Shown here in pieces: positions 1-9,303 of a DNA stretch of 64,000 nucleotides. This DNA comes from an uncultured Chloroflexia bacterium (GTDB lineage Bacteria; Chloroflexota; Dehalococcoidia; GIF9; UBA5629). Position numbers and translations under genes: made by a program. The stretch covers positions 98,824 to 162,823 of the forward strand of contig CAVWAG010000008.1 of NCBI GenBank assembly GCA_963752975.1, given 5' to 3'. How positions within the stretch are numbered: the first letter of the stretch is position 1; each line of letters begins with the position of its first letter. The notes under the pieces were generated by a model, which saw only the letters and a program-made list of their open reading frames with translations, was not told the DNA's origin and made no database searches.

Positions 1-987
1 GGACGCGTCTGACTTGCTAGGATCACTGACGCGAGCAATTTGACCACTTTCTTGAAATCGACGTTGCCGCCGCTGAGCAGGCAGACCGCCTTCGAGTTGC
101 CCGGTACCTGCACCGCTGCCCGACAGTATCGCGGCAAACGAGGCTGCGCCGGAGGGTTCGACTACCACTTTCATCCTGCTCCAGATGAGTTTCATGGCCG
201 CGGCTATCTCATCGTCCGTCACCGTGATGATATCGTCGACGTATTTAAGGCAGTGCTCCAGTGTCATCTGGCCTATCATCGGCGAGCGTATCCCTTCCGC
301 TATGGTTTCCGGCATGTCGCTGATCGTCTCCATTTTCTTGTTGTGGAAGCTGACGTCCATGCTCGACGCCTTGACGGGACCGATGCCGTAGATCCTGACC
401 GAGGGCCGGGACTGCTTGAGGGCGACGGCCACGCCCGACAGCAGGCCGCCCCCGCCTACGGGCACCGTCACGATGTCCACGTCCGGCAGGTCCTCGAATA
501 TCTCCAGCCCCGCCGTGCCCTGTCCCGCGATTATCAGGGGGTCGTCAAAGGGATGTATCGGCTCCAGCTTCCTCTCGGCGGCTATGGCAAAGGCCTTCTC
601 TATCATGGGGCCGGCGTTGTTGAGGTCGCCCCCCACGATCACCTCGGCCCCGTATGCCCTTGCCGCGTCGATCTTGGGCTGCGATGTGCCGTCCGGCACC
701 AGATCACTGCCTGTCATGCCGAACCTGCCGGCCGCGTACGCCGTGGCCTGGCCGTGGTTGCCCGACGATATGGTGATAACGCCCTTGATGCCCTGCGCGG
801 CCAGCGCCTTCATCTTGTTGCTGGCGCCGCGCGCCTTGAAGGAGCCGGTTTTCTGGAAACACTCGGCCTTGAACCAGAGGTTCTTGCCCGTCAGCGTATT
901 GAGCGCCTGCGAGGATAACAGCGGCGTGCGGTGCACGAAATCCGCGATGTTCTCCCGCGCTGCCTTGATGTCTTTCAGTTCAACCAT
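1..987 (-). CDS. PLP-dependent threonine ammonia-lyase / serine racemase family protein (3' end runs off the window; probable frameshift near 105-125)
   Basis: Reverse translation from the ATG at 987 gives MVELKDIKAARENIADFVHRTPLL..KAECFQKTGSFKARGA..SSGNHGQA..VPVGGGGLLSG, which includes the PLP-lysine and glycine-loop motifs of this family. It is absent from the ORF track because it has no stop inside the window. After ..EPSGAASFAAILSG, the conserved C-terminal motif NSKAVCLLSGGNVDFKKVVKLL reads in a different frame. Confidence 0.85.
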   Translation of the reverse strand, partial: MVELKDIKAARENIADFVHRTPLLSSQALNTLTGKNLWFKAECFQKTGSFKARGASNKMKALAAQGIKGVITISSGNHGQATAYAAGRFGMTGSDLVPDGTSQPKIDAARAYGAEVIVGGDLNNAGPMIEKAFAIAAERKLEPIHPFDDPLIIAGQGTAGLEIFEDLPDVDIVTVPVGGGGLLSGVAVALKQSRPSVRIYGIGPVKASSMDVSFHNKKMETISDMPETIAEGIRSPMIGQMTLEHCLKYVDDIITVTDDEIAAAMKLIWSRMKVVVEPSGAASFAAILSGSGAGTGQLEGGLPAQRRQRRFQESGQIARVSDPSKSDAS

Positions 988-1093
988 GTCGGCCTCCCCG
1001 GCGAAGAACTTATTTTATTGCCTGCGAAATATACCATGCGGATCTGTGTCTACCCCCGTTTACTCATCATGTCCGGTTATCTTCTTTGTCCGT

Positions 1094-2477
1094 TCAGCCC
1101 AGTCGACGCCCTGTTTCTTCAGCCACCTTACCCTCAGGAAGTAATAAATGATAAAGAGGGCGGTTAAGCCCGATCAGGAGGCAGCACATTAATGCGGCAT
1201 TGTGGTAGCTGACGATCACGCCGACGATGAAGGGAAGGCTTGTCACGGCCGTCAGAATGGCAAATACAATAAGCCACGGCCTGGGTATCCTGATATAGGC
1301 CTTTTTATATTCTTCGGGATATTTCTTGGGCAGGTTGATCACCGCAAATGCCCCTATGATGGTCATCAGTAGAATGCCCACCGCCGACATGACCCCATAG
1401 AAATCTATATCCATCCCGGCGAACTGGAGGAGCAGCAGGAGCAACGAGAATGAAATACACGCCCACCGCCCGCACAGGGGTGAGCGTGCGGCCGCTGACC
1501 TTGCCGATGCCCGAGGGAAGCAGGTTGTCCCGTGCCTGCGACAGCAGCTCGCGCGGCAGGGCGATGGCGCTGGCATTCAAAGCCGTCACCGCTGCGAAGA
1601 GCGCCCCGAAGGCGATGAATCCCACCCACGCCGGGGGAAGGAACGTATTGGCCGAGTCGATCAGGGGGGATTTCATCTTCATCAGCGTGTCGAAGTCATA
1701 GGGTACGGAGCTCATAAATACCGCGCCGACCAGTATATAGATCACCAGGACGATCACGCCGCCGATGATCATGGAGAGCGGTATGTTGCGCTTGGGGTTC
1801 TTTATCTCCTCGCCCATCTCGGCAATGACCTGGAAGCCCATGCAGGCGCTGTAGCACAGCACGATGGCCATCACCATGCCCGCAACCCCGTGCGGCGGGA
1901 CGAAGGACAATTGGATGGGGTTTTTCATCACGAAGATGCCGACGCCGGCGAAAACGCCCAGCGCAATTACCTTGAGAACTACCATGATGATCTGGACCCA
2001 GCTGGCTATCTGCAGTTTGAAGAGATAGAGGCCCATGAAGGCAACAGGTATTATGTATCGATAGGAGTTTGATCTCCAGGTCCTTGTCGATCCCCCACGA
2101 CCAGTAGGCGGCGATATTTCCGGCAAAGCCTATGCAGATGAAACCTGCCGTGGCCGCCCCGCCCACTACGGCCCAAAGGGACATGATACTGCCCCATAAC
2201 GGGGTGGTCAGCCGGCTGGTGAGCAGGTAGCCGATGCCGGCGCGCGGTATCGCGCTGGCGGCCTGGATGATCGGTATAACCCCGACGGCCGAGATAATCA
2301 TGGCGATGATGAAGGCCAGCCACAGGGCGTTGCCCGAGTTGGCGGCAATCGGCGCCAGCAGGGCGAAGATGCCCATGCCGATGATGCTGCCGACAACGAG
2401 TGCAATCCCGCCTCCCAGGCCCAGGGCTCTTCCCAGCTTTATTTCGCCGGGGTGCGCCGGATTCAGACTTGTGCCAT
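1094..2477 (-). pseudogene. APC-family amino acid permease, split over at least 3 frames (fragments 1696-2376, 1305-2126, 1094-1576)
   Basis: The three track ORFs carry consecutive N-terminal, middle and C-terminal permease segments (GIALVVGSIIGMGIFALLAP.. / ..SNSYRYIIPVAFMGLYLFKLQ..MGEEIKNPKRNIP.. / ..FAGMDIDFYGVMSAVGILLM..). The junctions lie near 2065-2080 and 1440-1450. An ATG at 2477 has an AAGGAGG 7 nt upstream, but it hits a stop after 4 codons while the protein continues in another frame. The span of 1384 nt is not a multiple of 3. Confidence 0.85.
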
Positions 2478-2526
2478 TTGCGGCCTCCTTTCTCGATCAG
2501 TGCGCTTGTACTTACCTGAAGGGATG

Positions 2527-2905
2527 CTATTTAATGGCGACTACTTCGATCTCAACCGGTGAGTTGCCGGGTATGTCCTTTACCGCTATGCAGGTGCGCG
2601 CCGGCGGGTTGGCTGGGAAAGTAAGTTTTATAGACTTCGTTCATGGCGTTGAAATCGCCCATGTCGCGCAGGTAGACTGTGGCTTTCACGACCTTATCCA
2701 TGCTGCTTCCGAGGCTCGTCAGAGCCCTCTTGATGTTGCTCAGGGCGATCTCAGTGCCTTTTTGACGTCATCCGTGATCATGAGCCCTTTCTCAATATCG
2801 ATGGCCGTCATGCCGGAGCAGAAAGAGAAAGCCGTTGGCTTCAATGATGTGAGAATAAGGGCCGCCCTTGATGAGAAATTCGAAATCGTGAACTTTCTTG
2901 TCCAT
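2527..2905 (-). pseudogene. ridA: RidA/YjgF-family reactive intermediate deaminase, about 3 frameshifts
   Basis: Manual three-frame reading gives MDKKVHDFEFLIKGGPYSHIIEANGFLFL / SGMTAIDIEKGLMITDDVKK / TEIALSNIKRALTSLGSSMDKVVKATVYLRDMGDFNAMNEVYKTYFP / ..ARTCIAVKDIPGNSPVEIEVVAIK*. The shifts lie near 2815-2830, 2760-2770 (a T5/A5 run) and 2605-2625. The span is 379 nt. The 230-aa plus-strand ORF 2234-2926 is its antisense shadow. Confidence 0.8.
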
Positions 2906-3024
2906 GCAACCCCCTCGATGTTTTAGATGAATGGAATTTAACATCAACTATACATACTTTGTCAATTGTGTAAACCGGTGAGAGCCCGCCCGTTCCCAGC
3001 CATAAAAATTTCCTTGAAAAACTC

Positions 3025-3054
3025 TTGACAAATAGCACGGATGTTCTATAACAT
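3025..3054 (+). promoter_or_regulatory. Putative recN promoter (TTGACA, 16-nt spacer, TATAAC) with an overlapping 14-nt near-palindrome ATGTTCTATAACAT
   Basis: TTGACA sits at 3025-3030 and TATAAC at 3047-3052. In the palindrome at 3041-3054, 6 of 7 positions pair. The element lies about 45 nt upstream of the recN ATG (3100, RBS AGGAGGG). Confidence 0.4.
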
Positions 3055-3099
3055 AGTAGTACACTTGTATTATAACCAGGAATATACAGGAGGGCTGCT

Positions 3100-4847
3100 A
3101 TGTTAGGTGAATTGCATATCAGGAATTTTGCGGTGATAAAGGATATGGCCATGCATTTCGTGCCGGGCCTGAATGTTATCAGCGGTGAGGAGGGCACGGG
3201 CAAATCCCTGCTGGTGGATGCCCTGGGCTTGTTGATGGGTTCAAGGGCGCCGTCGGGATTGATACGCAGCGGCACAAAGTCGGCGCGAATCGAGGCTATC
3301 TTCTGGCCTTCGGAAATGACCGATGGGAAGGATAAAGGACACCCTGGAGGAAAACGGCATCGACCCGGAAGCCAACGGGATGATTTTGATATCCAGGGAT
3401 TTCCAGGACGGCGGGAAAAGCGTGGCCAGGGTCAATAACCGGGCGGTGCCGCTATCGCTTTTGAAGCAATTGGGCAGGCACATGGTGGATATACACGGGC
3501 AGATGGAATATCTGTCGCTTCTGGACTCTGTCAACCAGCTTAACCTGGTCGACGCCTACGGCGACCTTTTCGGCGTGCGCAGGGAGATGAGAAAATTGGT
3601 TGAGGAACTGAGGCAGAGAGAGAAAGCGCTGTCATCCGTGGTGTTTAGTGGAGAAGGATGGATATATCGAGTTGCTGCAGTTCCAGGTTGAGGAGATAGA
3701 CCGCGCCCGTCTGGAAGAGGTAAATGAAGAGGAACTGCATAATGAAAGGGATATCCTGCGGCGTGCCGAAGCTATCAGCGGCGGATGCCTGGAAGCCTAT
3801 GCCAACCTCTACGGGGATGACAGGTCGGTCTCCGTGTTGATACACAGGACGCTGACCAGCACTGCAGGGGTATCAGTTCCGTGGACAGCAACCTTGCGGC
3901 GTGTCAGAGAAAAATTGGAGAACGACCTGCTCAATATCGAGGATACAGCGCAGGAATTAAGGGCGTACGCCGAGAAGATCGAGAACAGCCAGGAGAAGCT
4001 GGCGGAACTGGAGCAGAGGATCGACGCGCTGGCAGCTTTGAAACGGAAATATGGCAATACTATAAAAGAGGTAATTGCATTCCGGGATAAAGCACGGGCT
4101 GAACTGGAGGCCTTGCAGGACCGCCAGGACAGGAAAGCCAGGCTGGAAGCAGGGATACTGGAATTAAAAGCGGAGGCAGGTAAGAAGGCCGAGCAGCTTT
4201 CACTGGCACGCCGGCAGGCTGCCGGGAAGCTTGTCAGGTTGGTCAACGGGGAACTGGCTGAACTCGGCCTGGAATGGGCGAAATTCGATATCGTGCTTTC
4301 GCGCAGGGAGGATGGGGATGGTGTTGCCATAGCCGGCGGAAAGTCTTATGCCTGCACGGCAGACGGCATTGATAGGCTGGAATTCCAGGTTGCCACCAAC
4401 CCGGGTGAACCGATGCGGCCGATGGCGGCCATAGTCTCGGGTGGCGAGACCAGCCGCATTGTGTTGGCCATTAAAAGCGCCCTCAAGATTGCGGATCCCA
4501 TCGCGACGCTGGTCTTCGATGAGATAGATATGGGCGTCGGCGGAAGGAGCGCGGATTCGGTGGGCAGGAAATTGGCAACTTTAGCCAACTTTCACCAGGT
4601 GCTCTGTATAACGCATTTACCGCAGATAGCCTGCTTCGGCGATACGCACTTCAAGCTGGTCAAGGAGATCGAGTCGGGCAGGGCATCCAGCAGGGTTGAA
4701 ACGGTGGAGGGCCAGGATAAAGTGAAAGAACTGGCTGCCATGCTGGGCTCCGAGCGCAACGGCAATGTGATGGTTAAGAGCGCGGAAGCCCTGGTCAAGA
4801 ATGCCGAGAAATGGAAGAGCGGCGTCCGCGAACTTGTCGCGGCCTGA
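3100..4847 (+). pseudogene. recN: DNA repair protein RecN, two frameshifts (fragments 3100-3438, 3323-3691, 3648-4847)
   Basis: The N-terminus reads MLGELHIRNFAVIKD..GLNVISGEEGTGKSLLVDAL (Walker A). The middle reads ..RVNNRAVPLSLLKQLGRHMVDIHGQMEYLSLL. The C-terminus reads ..SGGETSRIVLAIKSAL..TLVFDEIDMGVGG (signature motif and Walker B). The three parts are contiguous but in three frames, with junctions near 3320-3335 and 3650-3690. The span is 1748 nt. Confidence 0.9.
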
Positions 4848-4859
4848 CTACAGCGGTGA

Positions 4860-6002
4860 TTAAAAGCACTGCTTGTATATATTGATGATCGCCGCGCTAT
4901 CGAGTGTCCTGGGATGAAATTTCACCCAGGGCGCCGTCTTAAGGGCGTTCTCGGCAAGCTTGCCGCAATCCGCTTCCTTTACCCCCAGCCCGCGCAGATT
5001 GACATGCATCCCCACTTTACTGAGCCATTTTTCCGTGGCTGCGATGCCATCGGCTTCGCCGAACACGTTCTTGCCGAGCTGTGCAAAACGCTGCTCACGG
5101 ACCGGGTAGGTGTATTTCATCCATTCGATCAGCAGTGAGGCCAATCCGTCGCCGTGGGCGATATCGTATTCTCCGCTGAGGGGATGCTCCATACCGTGCA
5201 GGGTCATGATGCCGGTCCCGCCTCCCAGGCCGGCAAACTGGGAGCAGGCTATCGTGCTAGCCCATGACAGGTTGCAGCGCTGCTCTAAATCATCGAGCTT
5301 AGCCAGCACCTTGGGCAGGGATTCCACAACGGTGCGCATGGAGGATTCGCGTATGGCATCGTTGATCAGCGTTGTCTCGTGGGCGGTGATATAGCTTTCG
5401 ACCAGGTGGCAGAAGATATCGACGCCGCCCTGGGCAGTCGTCCTGGCCGGCAGTGTAAGTGTGAGCGCCGGGTCAACTATAGATACAGACGGGTAGGTTG
5501 TGGGGTGCATCATCACCACTTTTTCATGTGTGTCCCAATTGGTAAAGACCGCCCCGTTATTGGCCTCCGAGCCGCTGGCGGCCACTGTAGGAACCAGTAT
5601 TATGGGCAGTGCCTTAATTTTCGTATTTGCCTTACCTTCGTAATAGGCAAAGATAGGTTCAGTGCCTACGCTTGCCAGGGCGATCAGCTTGGCTGCGTCC
5701 ATGGTGCTTCCCCCGCCCAGTCCGATAACCACATCGATTTTATGCTCACGCGCCAGTTTGGCCCCGGCGTCTATGGTAGAGGCACGCGGGTTGGGCTCAA
5801 CCCTGTCGAAGACGGTTGAATTCACGGCGTTTGCTTTGAGGTCGCCGGCCACCTTATCCAGTACGCCCGTGCTGCGCATGCTTTTGGAACCTGTGACTAA
5901 TAACGCCGATTTGCCCAGCCTCGCCGTTTCCTTACCGAGTTGGGCAAGGCTGCCCGGGCCGATGATGAAGCGTATGGGAAGATAAAACCTGCTGATGCCC
6001 AT
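4860..6002 (-). CDS. Iron-containing (group III) alcohol dehydrogenase
   Basis: The ORF is intact. It carries the GGGSTMDAAK motif and a His-rich metal site (..HLVESY.., ..LHGMEHPLSGEYDIAHG..). The ATG at 6002 with GGAGG 8 nt upstream is preferred over the TTG at 6017 used by the track. Confidence 0.85.
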   Translation of the reverse strand: MGISRFYLPIRFIIGPGSLAQLGKETARLGKSALLVTGSKSMRSTGVLDKVAGDLKANAVNSTVFDRVEPNPRASTIDAGAKLAREHKIDVVIGLGGGSTMDAAKLIALASVGTEPIFAYYEGKANTKIKALPIILVPTVAASGSEANNGAVFTNWDTHEKVVMMHPTTYPSVSIVDPALTLTLPARTTAQGGVDIFCHLVESYITAHETTLINDAIRESSMRTVVESLPKVLAKLDDLEQRCNLSWASTIACSQFAGLGGGTGIMTLHGMEHPLSGEYDIAHGDGLASLLIEWMKYTYPVREQRFAQLGKNVFGEADGIAATEKWLSKVGMHVNLRGLGVKEADCGKLAENALKTAPWVKFHPRTLDSAAIINIYKQCF

Positions 6003-6116
6003 TGTCAATACCTCCAAATATCTAAAATCAGGGTTATTGCCTTATTACCACTGCCAGATTATTGGATAATAGCAGAAAAAACAACCAAGTTAAATAGAGT
6101 TGACGGGCAATATTTA

Positions 6117-6896
6117 TCAGGCGGCTACCACGGAGTTCTTGAGCGTTCCGATCCCCTCGATAATTATCTCGACTATATCTCCCGCTTTGAGCGGGCCGAT
6201 GCCGTCCGGCGTTCCGGTAGCAATGACGTCGCCGGGCAGCAGCGTCATGATGCCGGAGATAAAGCTTATCAGCCTGGGTATGCCGAAGATAAGATCGGCG
6301 GTGTTGCCGGATTGTTTGACCTCGCCGTTTACCAGGGTTTCGAGCTTCAGATTAAAAGGGGATATGCCGGTGCTTATGCACGGGCCGATGGGGGCAAAGG
6401 TATCGTAACCCTTGGCACGCGTCCATTGCCCATCTTTGACCTGCGCGACGCGATCGGTGACATCGTTAAAACAGGTATAGCCCAGGACGTAATCGGCATA
6501 GTCGGCCTCCGCTACGTTTTTGGCTGTCCTGCCGATGACCACGCCGAGTTCGCCCTCGTAGTCTATCCTCTCAGGTTTGGGTGGCAGCACAATATCATCC
6601 CCGGGGCCGATAACGGAGGTTAACGGCTTGAGGAAGAGCAAAGGCAGTTCCGGCAGCTTGATATTCAGTTCAGCGGCATGCGGACGGTAGTTCAGCCCGA
6701 GGCATACCACCTTGCTGGGCAGGCAGGGCGTCAGCAGCCTGGCGTCTTTAAGCGGTACTTGCTGCCTGGTGGCCTTGAAAACCGCTGCCCGGGTATCCTG
6801 CAAAGGAAAAGGGCTGCCTTCGTAAACCGTGAGAAGGTCATTTTCAAGCGTACCGTAGCTAATAGAGTTGTGAAATTGAAAGCGCACTATTTTCAC
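6117..6896 (-). CDS. Fumarylacetoacetate hydrolase (FAH) family protein
   Basis: The 259-aa ORF is intact and has typical FAH-fold motifs (..IDYEGELGVVIG.., ..GYTCFNDVTDR.., ..LLPGDVIATGTPDGIG). Confidence 0.85.
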   Translation of the reverse strand: MKIVRFQFHNSISYGTLENDLLTVYEGSPFPLQDTRAAVFKATRQQVPLKDARLLTPCLPSKVVCLGLNYRPHAAELNIKLPELPLLFLKPLTSVIGPGDDIVLPPKPERIDYEGELGVVIGRTAKNVAEADYADYVLGYTCFNDVTDRVAQVKDGQWTRAKGYDTFAPIGPCISTGISPFNLKLETLVNGEVKQSGNTADLIFGIPRLISFISGIMTLLPGDVIATGTPDGIGPLKAGDIVEIIIEGIGTLKNSVVAA

Positions 6897-6905
6897 TGTC
6901 CGGCC

Positions 6906-7887
6906 TCATATTCTTTTATTCTTTGCCGGGGACAACTGGATCTGCAGCCTCTCATTTTCCGTAAGCATACAGCCGCTTACGCAGGACTTCTTGCATGCGC
7001 CGTCGCAGGGTTCGATATGCACGGTTAAATCGGCGCCGCTCAGCTTCTCCCTGATGGCCGCGGTCATTTTCTCGGTGATGGCGTGGGATTCGATGACCGT
7101 CATGGCAGGGTCGACAACGATATGCAGGTCGATGAAGCGCGCAGCCCCGGATTTCCTGGTCCTCATGCGGTGGATGGAACGGACGGTGGGGAACCAGCTT
7201 TCCAGGTAGGTGGAAAGCCAGAGTAATTCGTGGGCCGGGGGGCTGGTATCTATAAGGTCTTTAATTGCGTCCACGGTCAATTTCAGTGCAGCCCTCAGTA
7301 TAAGAATGGCAACCAGGATAGCCGCAACAGGATCGATCCAGTTGAGGTTTACGCCGGGCCATAATTTTGAGCCTGTCCAGATGATACTGAGCCCGGCCAA
7401 CACACCGGCGGATGTCCAGACATCGGTACTATAGATGCCAGGCATCTGCGATCAGGGCCGGGGAATCGGTCTTCTTGCCGACCCTTAACAGCAACTGAGA
7501 AACCACTATGTTTGTAAGCACCGAGAAAAGCATCACAGCCAATCCCCAGTCAAGGGTTTCCAGCGGCTGGGGGTTGATGAGCTTGTGTACGGCTTCAAGG
7601 ATAATCCAGATTGCAGCGATGAGTATGAGCAGGGCTTCGGCCAGCGCTGAAATGTCTTCGACCTTGCCATGTCCCCAGGGGTGCTCGGCGTCGGGCCGCC
7701 TGGCCGAGATACGCACAGCGAAGAAGGCTATGATGGAGGCGATGAGGTCCATCGAGGAATGAGCGGCTTCCGATAATACCGAGACGGAACCGGTGAATAC
7801 GCCGGTCACCAGCTTCAAAATGACCAGAGCGCTGTTGGAAATAATTGAGAGCAGCGCTACCGCAGCCTTCTGTTTTTGATTATCCAT
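6906..7887 (-). pseudogene. Cation diffusion facilitator (CDF) metal efflux transporter, single frameshift near 7435-7445 (fragments 7429-7887 and 6906-7445)
   Basis: The N-terminal fragment ends ..SPALIADAWHL*. The next frame continues YSTDVWTSAGVLAGL.., matching the conserved ADAxH..D motif of TM5. The C-terminal tail contains CDGACKKSCVSGC. The span is 982 nt. Confidence 0.85.
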
Positions 7888-8136
7888 TTCTAATTATAAA
7901 AACTCCGTGGAACCTGTGTCCCACGGAGTGAACCGCTGCTTTTAGCCCGACTGCGCCCTGCTATTTGCCAGGGCCGCCTGTTCAAGATATCAACATTATA
8001 AGTATTTTTGAATTTTGCAGTCAAACCGGTTGACTGGCGGTTAATATATTGACCGATGGATAATATTACCCTATGTTTAATAATAGGCCTGTGGCTGGTA
8101 TAATTTGGCTGCCTATATAGCCAACGGTAGTATAAT

Positions 8137-8805
8137 ATGACGATAACAGTTGACGATCTTTCAAAGCTGAAATATTTTGCCGGCGTAGAAATGGGCCGGT
8201 TGGCGGGACTGCCGCAGCTTTTCAGCAAGAAATCCTTTATCAAGGGACAGACTGTTGTGTCCGAAGGTGATTCACAGAAGAACCTGCATTTTGTCAATTC
8301 GGGTGTTGTCAAGGTGTTTAAAACCTCCTCGGAAGGCAAGGAGCAGATAATAAAAATAGTCAGGCCGGGCGAGTCATTCAACGATGTAACAGTGTTTGGT
8401 TCAGGCAACAGCCCGTACAGCGCTCAGGCACTGGGCAATACCATTGTCTTCTGGATACATAAGAATGACCTGATGCCGGTCATGGAAAAAAACTGGAAAA
8501 TTGTCCAGAACGCCCTGGAGGTGCTGGGTGAGCAGGTACATATGCTGCTCACGCTGGTTGAAGACCTGTCATTTAAAAACGTTACCGGCCGGGTAGCCAA
8601 GATATTGATGCAGAACTCCAACCCCGGGCCGGATGGCTACCAGAGGCTGACTCAATACGAGATGGCGGCTATGGCTGGGACGGCCAGGGAGGTCGTCGGC
8701 CGCTCGCTAAAAATGCTCGAAGAAAATGGTACTATCAGCCTCGAGCGGCACCGCATAGTAATAAAGGATAAGGAGTACCTCAGCAGGATCGCCGGATTAA
8801 ACTAA
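8137..8805 (+). CDS. Crp/Fnr-family transcriptional regulator
   Basis: The 222-aa ORF has an N-terminal cNMP-binding-like beta-barrel and a C-terminal HTH (..LTQYEMAAMAGTAREVVGRSLKMLEENGTI..). Confidence 0.85.
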   Translation: MTITVDDLSKLKYFAGVEMGRLAGLPQLFSKKSFIKGQTVVSEGDSQKNLHFVNSGVVKVFKTSSEGKEQIIKIVRPGESFNDVTVFGSGNSPYSAQALGNTIVFWIHKNDLMPVMEKNWKIVQNALEVLGEQVHMLLTLVEDLSFKNVTGRVAKILMQNSNPGPDGYQRLTQYEMAAMAGTAREVVGRSLKMLEENGTISLERHRIVIKDKEYLSRIAGLN

Positions 8806-8881
8806 GGTGATGTAAGTTACAGTATAGACAGGTATATATGGATAAAATAGTGGTAGTTATTCGATCAAAAGGACATATAAA

Positions 8882-9139
8882 TTGCAGTTGATGCCGATAT
8901 TTGACCAGGCCAGATGCGATGGATGTGGTCTGTGTGTAACAGTTTGCCGGTGCGGTGCGCTGGTTATGACAGAGGACAAGGTTGCCCTAATTCACGTGGA
9001 TGACTGCGGGTGGTGCACCGATTGTGAGCTTGTATGTGCCACCGGGGCATTACAGTGTCCTTATCGAAATAGTTGTGTCCGAAATCTGATCCCCGACCAG
9101 CGGGAACCATTTGCATTTATGGGTTTCCGCCTGTTTTAA
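8882..9139 (+). CDS. Small 2x[4Fe-4S] ferredoxin-like protein
   Basis: There are two cluster motifs, CDGCGLCVTVC and CGWCTDCELVC..CP. The true start is probably the ATG at 8891. The tail after ..LQCPY looks unlike a ferredoxin, while a neighbouring frame reads ..IEIVVSEI*, so a C-terminal frameshift is possible but unproven. Confidence 0.7.
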   Translation: MQLMPIFDQARCDGCGLCVTVCRCGALVMTEDKVALIHVDDCGWCTDCELVCATGALQCPYRNSCVRNLIPDQREPFAFMGFRLF

Positions 9140-9303
9140 TCCGCAACCTTTTATCCGGAAAAACGTTTTATTATTTGCGACCTTAGTCGCTTACTGTAAG
9201 ATTGGCTGATAGTAATATTATTTTGCTCTGCGAGGGAAACGCATAACTGAATAAAAATTGAATATTACGCTCCGTACAGGGATTGTACGGGGAGAAGATA
9301 GAA

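Noticed and set aside
40-1144. Long plus-strand ORFs 40-918 (292 aa) and 416-1144 (242 aa).
   Set aside because: Both lie antisense to a clearly recognisable threonine-dehydratase-family gene. Their translations are low-complexity Arg/Ala/Gly/Pro-rich strings, typical of shadow ORFs in GC-rich coding DNA.
2234-2926. 230-aa plus-strand ORF spanning the permease start and ridA.
   Set aside because: It lies antisense to two genes whose products are recognisable on the minus strand. It has no domain features and crosses an intergenic gap.
5940-6623. 227-aa plus-strand ORF bridging the ADH and FAH genes.
   Set aside because: It lies antisense to both intact minus-strand genes and has no recognisable features.
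7888-8136. Possible CRP/FNR box (TTGATATCTTGAAC on the minus strand, about 7981-7994) and a hairpin (CTCCGTGG..CCACGGAG, about 7903-7928) in the CDF/crp divergent region.
   Set aside because: Only one half-site matches the TTGAT-N4-ATCAA consensus, so the evidence is too weak to call an operator. The hairpin sits in the 5' leader of the CDF gene and has no supporting context.
8137-8142. A TATAAT hexamer immediately abutting the crp ATG, which might indicate a leaderless transcript.
   Set aside because: Transcription would have to start several nt downstream of the -10, which is inside the start codon or past it. A better extended -10 (TGGTATAAT, about 8094-8102) lies upstream.
7890-8408. 172-aa minus-strand ORF overlapping the crp/fnr promoter and 5' end.
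   Set aside because: It has no RBS and no recognisable motif. It overlaps a well-supported plus-strand regulator gene and AT-rich promoter DNA.
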